DNA of 44,743 nt. Origin: Promethearchaeota archaeon. Its GTDB lineage: Archaea > Asgardarchaeota > Lokiarchaeia > Sigyniarchaeales > SOKP01. Positions 8,890 to 18,420 of the stretch are shown one piece after another. Every line of letters starts with the position of its first letter. Within the stretch, counting starts at the first letter, position 1. Location of the stretch: positions 1 through 44,743 of the forward strand of contig JAHPZI010000004.1 in NCBI GenBank assembly GCA_019058295.1. The letters are read 5' to 3'. A program made the position numbers and the translations under genes. The notes below the pieces were generated by a model. That model was not told where the DNA came from. It saw nothing but the letters and a program-made list of their open reading frames with translations, and searched no databases.

Positions 8890-9468
8890 TTAAATTTTTT
8901 TAAAAATGAATATATTATACAAAAAATTCTCTCTAATTTCAACTGAAAGTGGAAGATTTTTTGTATACTCTCTTGGATCAACGGCATCCGGATGTGTGGG
9001 AGAGCGTTTTCTTATTCGCTTAATTGCCTTAGGTGTTGGTTCAAAAATGCCAATAATTCCTTTCGATTTTAATATGCGAATAAATTCTTTAAATGCTGAG
9101 ATTTTATCATTGATATGATGAAGTGCTCCCAAGATAAAAATTGCATCAAACATCTCATCATTAAAGGACATTTTTTCTGCATTAAATGGTTTGTATTCTA
9201 TTAAACTGTCAATATAAACTTTTTTAGCATTTTCTAGCCAATTTTGTTTAGCATACTCCGTATTATCGTTATCAGGTTCTCCCGTGATTACTTTATAATT
9301 ATTTAAAGCTAAAATGATAGCCATTCGCCCTTTTCCTGTTCCCACATCTAAAATTTTAGCATCTTTACTCAACTTTAAATCATGAACTATAGGATTGATT
9401 ACATCAAATATCAAGCTAAATTCAGGGCCTAATATTTCTTTCGCATTATTAATATCCAAATATTTCAC
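8890..9468 (-). CDS. Class I SAM-dependent methyltransferase
   Basis: ILDVGTGKG, FDAIF, ALHHI and RILKSKG motifs. Confidence 0.88.
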   Translation of the reverse strand: MKYLDINNAKEILGPEFSLIFDVINPIVHDLKLSKDAKILDVGTGKGRMAIILALNNYKVITGEPDNDNTEYAKQNWLENAKKVYIDSLIEYKPFNAEKMSFNDEMFDAIFILGALHHINDKISAFKEFIRILKSKGIIGIFEPTPKAIKRIRKRSPTHPDAVDPREYTKNLPLSVEIRENFLYNIFIFKKI

Positions 9469-9469
9469 C

Positions 9470-9808
9470 TTAATCTTCTAATATCGTATTTTTCAAGAAT
9501 CCTAATCCTCTTGGAGTTGACTTCCAACCTTCAGTAGATTCAATAATAAAAAGACACTGCTTTAACATTGATAAATGGTAATTTAATTGATCTTCTTTTA
9601 GCTTAAATTCCTTTTTAATTTCATTTGTGCTCTTAATTTCATTACCAATGAATTTTAAGAGCTCTCTTCGGTCTTCATTCATCATTGTCCTATATGCTCG
9701 GCTATGATCTAATTTATGATCAAGATTCTCTGTCATTTTCAGAAAATCCTTTAGTTCTTCTTTAGTCAATTTTGATTTATTTAGCATTTTCTTCATTTCA
9801 TCTTCCAT
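9470..9808 (-). CDS. ArsR-like winged-helix transcriptional regulator
   Basis: RRELLKFIG...QLNYHLSMLKQ...WKSTPRG; 1-bp gap to the methyltransferase. Confidence 0.82.
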   Translation of the reverse strand: MEDEMKKMLNKSKLTKEELKDFLKMTENLDHKLDHSRAYRTMMNEDRRELLKFIGNEIKSTNEIKKEFKLKEDQLNYHLSMLKQCLFIIESTEGWKSTPRGLGFLKNTILED

Positions 9809-9944
9809 AAAATATACCCCTTAAAAGTTAATTAAGTATTGTAATAATAACAAAAAAAAATTATTTACTAAAATAAACTTTATACTTTCTAATACAACTT
9901 TTTCCGTCCCAACTAAAACAAATTTAGAAAAATAGGATGATCTT

Positions 9945-10682
9945 CTATAATAGATTTAGCCAAGTTGAATCGTCTTTTAATTGCTCATATTCTTCAAGAT
10001 CTCCAAAATTACCACTAAATTGTTCTTTTTCCATGTTAATAACTCGAACTTTCCAGTTTCTTTCTTTAATTCCAATTCTAATTGCTTCAGGGATTTCTAA
10101 TTCCCCTCTATCAGAAGGTTTTAAAGTTTTTAATACATCAAAGATTTCTTTTGAAAATATGAAAACACCAGTATTATCAAGATTAGAGCTAGATGTTCCT
10201 TTTGGGGGCTTTTCAATAATATCTGAACAATACTTGCCTTCGCAATAAATAGCGGCACCTTTATAGGGATCATCTGTATAACTCGTTACGAGTATAAAAT
10301 TTTGATCTTCGTTTTTGTATGCATTGTATACATCTCTGTATACTTTATAGGAAACTAAAGTATCTCCCCAGGTTAAGAAAAAATGTTGATTTGGTATTGA
10401 ATTCTCGCAAAGTAATAGCGCTCCTCCTGTTCCATTTAAATCAATTTGTTCAATATATTCAATATTAATATTCCAATTGCTTCCATCTTGAAAATAATCA
10501 ATGATTTGTTCTTTAAGAAAACCTAATACTATAATAAAATCTTTAATACCAGCGGTTTTAATCCCGTTTATGATATATTCTAATAAAGGCTTTCCGTGCA
10601 CGGGAAGCATTGATTTCTGGTATAGTTCAGTATAAGGCCGCATGCGTTTTCCATATCCCGCGCATAAAATGATTGCTTTCAA
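9945..10682 (-). CDS. NTP transferase family sugar-phosphate nucleotidyltransferase
   Basis: KAIILCAGYGKRMRP, GTGGA, WGD, IIEKP and SDRGELEI motifs; TTG start. Confidence 0.9.
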   Translation of the reverse strand: MKAIILCAGYGKRMRPYTELYQKSMLPVHGKPLLEYIINGIKTAGIKDFIIVLGFLKEQIIDYFQDGSNWNINIEYIEQIDLNGTGGALLLCENSIPNQHFFLTWGDTLVSYKVYRDVYNAYKNEDQNFILVTSYTDDPYKGAAIYCEGKYCSDIIEKPPKGTSSSNLDNTGVFIFSKEIFDVLKTLKPSDRGELEIPEAIRIGIKERNWKVRVINMEKEQFSGNFGDLEEYEQLKDDSTWLNLL

Positions 10683-10994
10683 AACAAATCAGCTCCAATT
10701 TAAAATCTATTTTAATAATTAAAAATATCAAAAATTATTAAATTTAAATTATTCAAATTTAATTGCTGAAAAACTATAAATTTTTATATCAAATTTGACA
10801 ATTGGAGATATTTTACACTTTTCCAAGGTCAGAAACTAACGCGCTTTTTTATAATATTCAAAAATAGTTGGAATAAAAAGAAATTTTTATGGCAAAAAAT
10901 ATGTAGAATTTAGTTGATTAGAGATTAGATGTTCCAGCTGTAGAGTTGTGGGGAGAAATATTCGATTTTAATAGATATTATGAGAAATATACTT

Positions 10995-11162
10995 TCAATA
11001 GAAGTATTTTTCATCATATTCCTCTTCTTCGTAGTTATCCCAATCGTCATATTCCTCGTCCTCATCATAATCTACATCTTCTTCGTCATCAAAATCATCT
11101 TCATCATCCCAATCTTTCTCATTCTTTTTTTTATTTGGTCCAGCATAAAATTTTAATACCAT
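10995..11162 (-). CDS. 55-aa hyper-acidic aromatic-rich microprotein (not in ORF track)
   Basis: Manual translation MVLKFYAGPNKKKNEKDWDDEDDFDDEEDVDYDEDEEYDDWDNYEEEEYDEKYFY. GAGGA lies shortly upstream of the ATG. Mixed GAT/GAC/GAA/GAG codons argue against a simple microsatellite. Confidence 0.75.
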   Translation of the reverse strand: MVLKFYAGPNKKKNEKDWDDEDDFDDEEDVDYDEDEEYDDWDNYEEEEYDEKYFY

Positions 11163-11560
11163 TTCTAATTCCTCAATTTTTTATTTATTTGAATAAGATT
11201 AGAAACAATTATTAATTCACTTATCAATAAATCTAAACCTATATTTAAATATTTTGTATTAAAATTTAAATAAAACGAGGTTTAACTCTTAGATAGATAT
11301 AGTTAAATAAAATTAATTATGAGATATAGTATCATATTAAATTGAGAAGATTTAGCTCAAAGCATTTCAAATCTAAGAGATTTTCTCAAACATATCTAAA
11401 AAACCCAATATATGTCTCTTTATAAAATCTTTATCTTTTCCTAATGATTTAATTAAAACATTTTATTTATTTAATACAAATAAAATAATATTTATGCATA
11501 TCTAATATTTCAAAAATTTAGAATATCTTATAAATATTTGAGATAATTCTTTTTGAGATA

Positions 11561-12562
11561 TTAAATAATTTTTAATCTTTGGAATAAACCAGTAACCAGA
11601 ATCGGTAATGCTATTGTAGCATCACACCAAACACTCACATATTGAGAATCTAGAGCATATTTACCCCATGATTTAGATTCTGAAGTTGTACAACCTGAAA
11701 GACCGCCATCATATTCCGTTGCTGTATGAATACGAACAGAATACTTATAACCAGATTCAATTCCATGCTCTCTTAGTTGTTCAAGATGATCTAAATATGG
11801 AAAGATTTGTTGTGCCCAATTTCTTGGTACACCACCACCAACAATAAATAGTCCAGCTTTCTTGCGTGTTTTTATAATTTCTGCAAATTTTTTAACATCC
11901 TCAAAGATATTAAAATTAAATTCATAACCCTCCTTAACAGTGAATTTAATTAAATCTAAAGCTAACTCAGAGTCGCTAAAAGCAGGTATAAAAATTGGAA
12001 TTTTATGTTTAGCAGCAAGGGAAAGAATGCATTTTTTATCTATTTTATTTCCAATTAATTTTAGAAATTCAGAGGGAGAAATTTCTAACTTTTTATCCTT
12101 ACATATTTGATCTATTATCTCTAAAAGTTTATTCCTTGTTATTTTATAATTATCCTCAGGGAGGAATATATCATAAATTCTATTAATTTCAAGGTTATAG
12201 AGTTCATTATCATCGACATTAGGATTTCCTAAATAATGTCCGATATTAACTATTGTGTCAATTAAATCATGAGTAATATTGGCACCTGTTGTAATCAATA
12301 CATCAATAATATTATGTTCGATTAATGAGCTAATTAATCCCCCCATACCTGCTGGAACCATTGCACCAGAAAGGGCTAAAACTTTTAGACATTCATTATC
12401 TGAAACCATTCTTTCAAGGATATCAAGCGCTTTCCCTAAATTTCCTCCCTGAAATCCACAGTATTTAAGATTTTCTAAAAGATCTTCAATAGTTCTAATC
12501 TTATTCACATCGAAGGGAATAACTTTCTTTATTAAATAATCATCTTTATTATTATGTCTCAT
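11561..12562 (-). CDS. dys: Deoxyhypusine synthase
   Basis: GFQGGNLG, SGAMVPAG, TTGANITHD, GGGVPRNW, DGGLSG, SWGK (catalytic Lys) and DATIALP motifs. Confidence 0.93.
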   Translation of the reverse strand: MRHNNKDDYLIKKVIPFDVNKIRTIEDLLENLKYCGFQGGNLGKALDILERMVSDNECLKVLALSGAMVPAGMGGLISSLIEHNIIDVLITTGANITHDLIDTIVNIGHYLGNPNVDDNELYNLEINRIYDIFLPEDNYKITRNKLLEIIDQICKDKKLEISPSEFLKLIGNKIDKKCILSLAAKHKIPIFIPAFSDSELALDLIKFTVKEGYEFNFNIFEDVKKFAEIIKTRKKAGLFIVGGGVPRNWAQQIFPYLDHLEQLREHGIESGYKYSVRIHTATEYDGGLSGCTTSESKSWGKYALDSQYVSVWCDATIALPILVTGLFQRLKII

Positions 12563-12637
12563 AGAATAAGAAAATGTTTAAATAAATAAAATATTAATTA
12601 TTATAATTAAAATAGATAAACTTAATTCTTCCGAAAT

Positions 12638-13186
12638 ATGTCATTAGTTCCAAAAGCGGTATGTTTTGTCAGAGGAAAGGGCTTTCATAAATCAAAATTA
12701 GGTTCATTCGAACAAGCCTTAAGAGACGCTGGAATTGCTAAATATAATATAGTTAAAGTAAGCTCAATATTACCTCCCTATTGTATTGAAATTCCAAAAG
12801 AAGAAGCTTTACCCCAACTCCGTGCTGGGCAAATATTATATACTGTATTAAGTCGTGCAAGCAGTGACGAATTTAATCGTTTAATAAGTGCTTCAATTGG
12901 CATTGCAAAACCATCCGATATAAAAGCTTATGGATATTTAAGTGAGCATCATGCATTCGGTGTTAAACCCGAAAAGACAGGAGAATTTGCAGAAGATCTG
13001 GCAGCAGAAATGTTGGCAACTACTTTAGGAGTAACATTCGATTCTGAAGCAGATTATGATGAAAAACAAGAAATATTTAGGATGAATGGGAAAATAGTCG
13101 AAACAAAAAGTATTACTGAATCTGCAACTGTTAGACAAGAAAATGAATGGGCTACAGTCTTAGCGGCAGCAGTTTTTATACTTTAA
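12638..13186 (+). CDS. pdaD: Pyruvoyl-dependent arginine decarboxylase
   Basis: SFEQALRDAGIAKYNIVKVSSILP (Ser-Ser autocleavage site), GYLSEH and AEDLAAEML. Confidence 0.93.
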   Translation: MSLVPKAVCFVRGKGFHKSKLGSFEQALRDAGIAKYNIVKVSSILPPYCIEIPKEEALPQLRAGQILYTVLSRASSDEFNRLISASIGIAKPSDIKAYGYLSEHHAFGVKPEKTGEFAEDLAAEMLATTLGVTFDSEADYDEKQEIFRMNGKIVETKSITESATVRQENEWATVLAAAVFIL

Positions 13187-13246
13187 ATTTGCATCCAAAT
13201 TTTTTAATTGATGAATTTATTTTTTTAAATAAAGTAAGAAAAATGG

Positions 13247-14356
13247 ATGATGAATGGCGAAGTTGTCTTTTTTCAATTATTTGATGTTGGGAGATATATT
13301 GATCTAAATGAAATTCAATCTATTTTCCCGGGAATTAGAGATAAGAAAATTATTAAAACTAAAGATACTCCTGATTATATTATTATTCCCGAAACAATTA
13401 GGGTTGAAATTGAACAAGATATTAAAGTAAAATCTAATAATCTAAAAAATTTTAAAGCTCAGATAAAACTTTATGAAGATGGGGTAATTTCTTTTATTAT
13501 AAGAGCAGATTTTATTGATTTAACGTTAGAAAATTTTCATACTATTCGAAATACCGAGATAAATACGCCAGGTGGCACATTAAAGATTGAAAATTGGATT
13601 GAAATTCAATTTAATAAAATTTATGAACTTTCTGGAGACTATATTGATTCATATTTTATCACCCTTGATCATCTTGAGTCCGAAAAATATACTTGTTATT
13701 GTATAAATGATGTCCTTATAGACCCTAATACATTTATTGGAGAAAATGAGAAATATTTAGCCTCATTTTTAATGGGAGAAAATCCTGAATTAGATCTTCA
13801 TCAAAATCAGATTGATGATACATTAAAAAATTCATTTTCTTTTTTAAAACAGGATATTACTATTTTTGATTTTCATCGGTGTCTTATCATTGACTCGACA
13901 AAAGATTATGAAGATCTCTTGCTTATTATAGAATTAGCAAATTTTCAACGTTTAAAATTAAGAACGCTAGATCGCTTGTTAGATATACATTTGGATAGCG
14001 CAGAGGATGATATTCGTAGTATTTTTATTAAAAGTCGATTATTCTTGAGAAGATTAAGTAAAAAACTAGGCTATTTATTTAGACTAAGGTATGATTTTAT
14101 CTTTATCCTTGAAAATTTAGAAAATGTCTCAAAAATCATTGGGGATTACTATTTAGCTCAAATTTATCGTCATTTGGGAAAAATCTTCCGATTTAAACAA
14201 TGGAGTGAAAGTATACGCAATCGAATGAGAATATTGGATGATATATATACAACGGCAAAATCTACTAAAACAGATAAATTAATCCTTTACTTGGAAATTC
14301 TTTTAGGTGTTGTATTTACTCTGGAATTTATACTATTTCTTCTAGGATTATATTAG
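13247..14356 (+). CDS. RMD1/DUF155-like membrane-anchored protein
   Basis: LFDVGRYIDL N-terminus, helical region ending in YLAQIY...W...RMRIL, and C-terminal TM LEILLGVVFTLEFIL. Confidence 0.6.
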   Translation: MMNGEVVFFQLFDVGRYIDLNEIQSIFPGIRDKKIIKTKDTPDYIIIPETIRVEIEQDIKVKSNNLKNFKAQIKLYEDGVISFIIRADFIDLTLENFHTIRNTEINTPGGTLKIENWIEIQFNKIYELSGDYIDSYFITLDHLESEKYTCYCINDVLIDPNTFIGENEKYLASFLMGENPELDLHQNQIDDTLKNSFSFLKQDITIFDFHRCLIIDSTKDYEDLLLIIELANFQRLKLRTLDRLLDIHLDSAEDDIRSIFIKSRLFLRRLSKKLGYLFRLRYDFIFILENLENVSKIIGDYYLAQIYRHLGKIFRFKQWSESIRNRMRILDDIYTTAKSTKTDKLILYLEILLGVVFTLEFILFLLGLY

Positions 14357-14462
14357 AGAAGAATAATGTATTTTTAAACTTCTTTTAAAAAGACTTTCTT
14401 CACGATATTCGGTAATATAAAAGCAATATTAAAGGAAAAAGTTTATTTGAAATATAAAAGTA

Positions 14463-15479
14463 TCAAATTATTTGAAGAGTCAACCATTTTAATGCTTTAA
14501 TAATCTCATCATCATCTTTTAGAATATTTAATGAAAAGAATTGAACTTTAACTACTTTTTTTTGCTCCTCTGAAAGTTTTAGATAATTATAAACTTCACA
14601 TTCTTCTAAGGATCTCTCTCCCTCAGAAATGTTTTCGATTATCAAGATTGGAAAATTTATTGTTTTATCTGCAATATTAATTATAATTTTTTCAATATCC
14701 TCTTTTAATTTTTTTATATTGTCTCCCTTTCCATTTTTGAATAGATATATAAAAGCCTGAATAGTATCTAAATCAAGAGATGAATTTAAATCAATTCTTG
14801 GATATGGAATTTTTATGTTTTCAATTAAAACACTAAAAATCCGTGTAGATACACTTAAATCTTTTTGTTTGTAAAATTGGATGGCTTCAATGTTTTTTAG
14901 TAAAATTCGTTTACCAGCATTTTTTTGCCCAATAATGAAGATTTTTCTTTTGATTCTTGAATCCTTAGTAATAATATTAATCTCAGGATCAAGAACTAGT
15001 TTATTAAAGAAATGATTAAAAATAAGGAAAAAATCGACATTATATTCTTTACACAATATATTTAAATCTGCTTCATCAGGATCTTTTTTATGACTATGTA
15101 AAATTAAGTTAAAATTTGATAATTGCGTAAGCTGAGATTCAAAATCTTCAAGAATTTCTACTTTAGAATTTAAGTAATTAAAAACATCTCCTAATTCATA
15201 CTTGAAAAAAGAGGTACGTAGGAGAAATGAAATCATCAATAATTCAGATCCGCCCCTTGCCATCTTCGAGGGAATCCGGAATAAATGGTTAATGGACTGA
15301 TATCTCCGAAATGCAAATAAAAAGGATCCTAAATCCTCACTAAATTCTAATATTCGAAAAAGATCTGGAAAATCCTTATCATCTGGTTTGGATGGTTGAC
15401 AATATAAAAAATTGGGCCCGATTCTTTCATCAAAATATAAGATACATAGATACTTCGCTTCTAACAAAGTTTGAACCAT
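14463..15479 (-). CDS. Longin/uDENN-like domain fused to a degenerate small-GTPase-like domain
   Basis: LYFDERIGP and ARGGSELLMIS (longin/uDENN pattern); KIFIIGQKNAGKR P-loop variant, AFIYLF, FPILIIEN and terminal KALKWL. Confidence 0.72.
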   Translation of the reverse strand: MVQTLLEAKYLCILYFDERIGPNFLYCQPSKPDDKDFPDLFRILEFSEDLGSFLFAFRRYQSINHLFRIPSKMARGGSELLMISFLLRTSFFKYELGDVFNYLNSKVEILEDFESQLTQLSNFNLILHSHKKDPDEADLNILCKEYNVDFFLIFNHFFNKLVLDPEINIITKDSRIKRKIFIIGQKNAGKRILLKNIEAIQFYKQKDLSVSTRIFSVLIENIKIPYPRIDLNSSLDLDTIQAFIYLFKNGKGDNIKKLKEDIEKIIINIADKTINFPILIIENISEGERSLEECEVYNYLKLSEEQKKVVKVQFFSLNILKDDDEIIKALKWLTLQII

Positions 15480-15578
15480 CCAGTTTTTTTAATCCAAAAA
15501 TTAAAAGAGCTTCTCCTATTTATGATTTTCTAAAAGAATTTTATAATATTAAATTCTATCAAGCAAAATGTTTTAACC

Positions 15579-15642
15579 AAAGACATTAATAAAAGCCTCG
15601 TGTATGAAGCAGATAAAAAAGGATTAAAAGACATTAATAAAA
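15579..15642. repeat. 16-bp exact direct repeat upstream of the longin-GTPase gene
   Basis: aaagacattaataaaa at 15579-15594 and 15627-15642. Confidence 0.7.
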
Positions 15643-15686
15643 CCTATTTACTTATTGGATCTTAAAAGAAAATAAGAAAATATATA

Positions 15687-16631
15687 TTAATAATTAAAAA
15701 TATCAAAAATCCACGCCCTTCCTCCCGCTTCTTCAATAGCCTTAGCAACTTCTTTTTGTTTTCCAGGGCATATTGCTAACATACATCCTCCTCCTCCAGC
15801 CCCCATTTGTTTAGCTCCTAAAGCACCCGCTTCAATAGAAGCTTCGCATAGCTTTAAAATCTTTTCTGTCTCTGCTTTTAATATAATCTCTTGTTCTTGT
15901 TGTATATTCATTAATTCTCCCAATTTTTTAAAGTCACTCTTCAATAAGGCTTTTTTTCCTTGATAGACCCCTTCTTCTATGACTTTGAATGCCGCTAATG
16001 TTGCGGGATCTTTTTCTTTAATTTGTTTCTTAACTCTATTTAATACGGAACCCGCCTTTCTTTCTTCCATAGAATCGCCGACAACAATCGGCAAATTTTT
16101 AATTTCTAATAATTCCACTCTTGGATTCTCGTCCGTATATATGAAAGTTACACCTCCATAGGCAATACTATACTGATCCATTCTCCCGCATTGAATTCCT
16201 AAATCGTGATTTTCCCCTAAATAAGCTAATTCAGCAATTTGAGAATTTGGAAGACTCAGATCAAAAGCTTCATTTAAAGCCCTGAGAAAACCAACTGATA
16301 ATGCTGCAGAAGTAGACAATCCACACCCTATAGGAATATCAGACTCAACATCTATATAAAAACCGTTATCAATCTTATCCATTAATCGTTCGGTTAGAAC
16401 ACTCCAATAATTTAAATCAATATCGTGAGGTGGTGATTCCCCCAATTTAAATTTAATCCTTTCCTTAGTATCGTGGCTATAAAATTCAATTAATCCATCT
16501 GTTCTTGCTTCACAATTAATTTTCATCATTAAATTAATTGCCATAGCAATAACAGGTTTACCTAATAGGTCAACTTTATCCCCAAGTATACATATTCGAC
16601 CTGGTATTTTAAGAGCGACTTTATCTATCAT
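15687..16631 (-). CDS. GHMP-family kinase (sugar kinase or mevalonate kinase-like)
   Basis: PGRICILGD, PIGCGLSTSAA, GRMDQYSIAYGG and GAGGGGC motifs. Confidence 0.88.
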   Translation of the reverse strand: MIDKVALKIPGRICILGDKVDLLGKPVIAMAINLMMKINCEARTDGLIEFYSHDTKERIKFKLGESPPHDIDLNYWSVLTERLMDKIDNGFYIDVESDIPIGCGLSTSAALSVGFLRALNEAFDLSLPNSQIAELAYLGENHDLGIQCGRMDQYSIAYGGVTFIYTDENPRVELLEIKNLPIVVGDSMEERKAGSVLNRVKKQIKEKDPATLAAFKVIEEGVYQGKKALLKSDFKKLGELMNIQQEQEIILKAETEKILKLCEASIEAGALGAKQMGAGGGGCMLAICPGKQKEVAKAIEEAGGRAWIFDIFNY

Positions 16632-17050
16632 TTTATTACGTCAGTGATAAAGCATGTCTCAGCAATTTTTATTCCTTCAATTTGACTGATTTTATCTTCT
16701 ATTAAAGGATTAAATTGTTCTATAGAATCAATTTCAATCATCATAAATAAGCCACAATCTCCGCTTAATCGCCAAATATTGCTAATTTCCTCGATATTTT
16801 TTAATTCAGATATAATTTTTTTGATTTGTTTAAAATTTGGCTCAATTTTTACCGTAGCGCGGGTTTTAGGCTTCGAATTGATGTTATACTCAATCGTGAA
16901 CTTTTCAATAACTCCCTCTTGTACTAATTTTTTGACACGGCGTCGAACTGTTGCCTCAGTCTTCCCAATTTTTTGAGAGATTTCATTGAATGATATTCGA
17001 CTATCATGTTTCAATTCCTCTATTATCTTTAAGTCTATTACGTCTATAAT
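16628..17050 (-). CDS. Lrp/AsnC transcriptional regulator; probable ATT (17050) or ATA (17047) start
   Basis: In-frame upstream extension IDVIDLKIIEELKHDSRISF supplies the canonical first helix. TEATVRRRVKKL HTH; LSGDCGL RAM domain; 4-bp overlap with the kinase gene. Confidence 0.9.
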   Translation of the reverse strand: MIDVIDLKIIEELKHDSRISFNEISQKIGKTEATVRRRVKKLVQEGVIEKFTIEYNINSKPKTRATVKIEPNFKQIKKIISELKNIEEISNIWRLSGDCGLFMMIEIDSIEQFNPLIEDKISQIEGIKIAETCFITDVIK

Positions 17051-17440
17051 TACATCAACTTCTATTATTTAAAAAATGATAATTATTAATAATAAAAAGA
17101 TTAAAAGAGTTATTAAATTTTTACATTTCTAGTTAAAAAACCGACATAAAAATATCCCAAGGAAAAAAAATTATGTTATTTTGACAAAAAATGATCGAAA
17201 GTTACTAAAAAAACCCAATAACAATCAAAAAATTTCATTCTACAACTATATAAACTAATATCAATAGACTTTTTCTTATCTATTTCTCATTAATAATTAA
17301 TAAATAGTTCTCATTACATTACTCCCGCAATTTCTATCAAAATCGTTTTTTTTATCGTTTTTTTACCCTCTAAAATTATTTTAATAATTCTCTATAACTT
17401 TCTTATTATAAGTCAAATTAATTATATAGAATCAAAAAAA

Positions 17441-18310
17441 TTGATTTTTATGAATGTGTTAGTAATATATTTTTCTCAAACTGGCGGAACTGAAAAAATA
17501 GCTAAAATGATCCAAAAAGGTATATTAAATAGCGGAAATAAATGCGAAATTGCTAAAATAAAAAGCGTTGATACTAATTGTTTAAAAGATTTTGACTTAA
17601 TTGGTATTGGAACTCCAACTTTTTTCTTTAGAGAGCCAATTAACGTTCGCACTTTTATTCAAAAAATGAAAAACACAGACGGAAAGCATTGTTTTGTTTT
17701 CTGTACCCATGGAAGTTTAATTGGCAATACTTTTTTTTATATGAATGAAGAATTAATAAAAAAGCGTTATCTAGTAGTAGGTACTTTTGATTCTTATTCA
17801 GAATCATCTATTCAATTTTATCCAAAAATTATGCATACAATTAAACATCCTGATGATATTGAGATTAAAGAAGCAGAAAATTTTGGAGAAAGCATATGCG
17901 ACATTAGTTTAAGGGTCAAAAACGGAGAAATAGATTTGATTCCTAAATTTGAATTAATTGAAAACACTTGGTGGGCAAAACAATCAAAAGCTTTAACACC
18001 AGAGTTATTAAGGAAATTTTATCCTAAGTTTAAAATAAATATAGATAATTGCGTCAAATGCTTAACCTGTCAGGAAAGTTGTCCTGTCGATGCGATAAAT
18101 GTAGAAGTAAATCCTCCAGAAATTCAAAAAGAAGGTTGTATATTTTGTGCCTACTGTGAAAAACTATGCCCCGAAGGAGCAATTGAAGCGGACTGGACTA
18201 TGACGAGAAAAGGAGCGAAAGGAAACTTAAAAGGGTATGTCAAAGCTTTAAGAGAAGCAGAATTGCAAGGAAAATTTCGACCTTATGTTGATTACGAGAA
18301 AATTATATGA
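17441..18310 (+). CDS. Flavodoxin-ferredoxin fusion (EFR1-like)
   Basis: YFSQTGGT flavodoxin motif and two CxxCxxCxxxCP 4Fe-4S motifs. The true start may be the ATG at 17450. Confidence 0.88.
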   Translation: MIFMNVLVIYFSQTGGTEKIAKMIQKGILNSGNKCEIAKIKSVDTNCLKDFDLIGIGTPTFFFREPINVRTFIQKMKNTDGKHCFVFCTHGSLIGNTFFYMNEELIKKRYLVVGTFDSYSESSIQFYPKIMHTIKHPDDIEIKEAENFGESICDISLRVKNGEIDLIPKFELIENTWWAKQSKALTPELLRKFYPKFKINIDNCVKCLTCQESCPVDAINVEVNPPEIQKEGCIFCAYCEKLCPEGAIEADWTMTRKGAKGNLKGYVKALREAELQGKFRPYVDYEKII

Positions 18311-18420
18311 TTTTTAAAAAAGTTAGTTTTTTAAAATACACACACAGCTTTATTAGATTCTCAAGAAATTATTAATTATTATTAAAAAAATGTTTTTTAA
18401 CTAAATTAATGGTGAGATGA

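Noticed and set aside
10946-11215. 89-aa His-rich ORF on the + strand
   Set aside because: It is the antisense shadow of the acidic microprotein: the His richness arises from reverse-complemented GAT/GAA runs. The minus-strand ORF has an ATG and an SD-like site.
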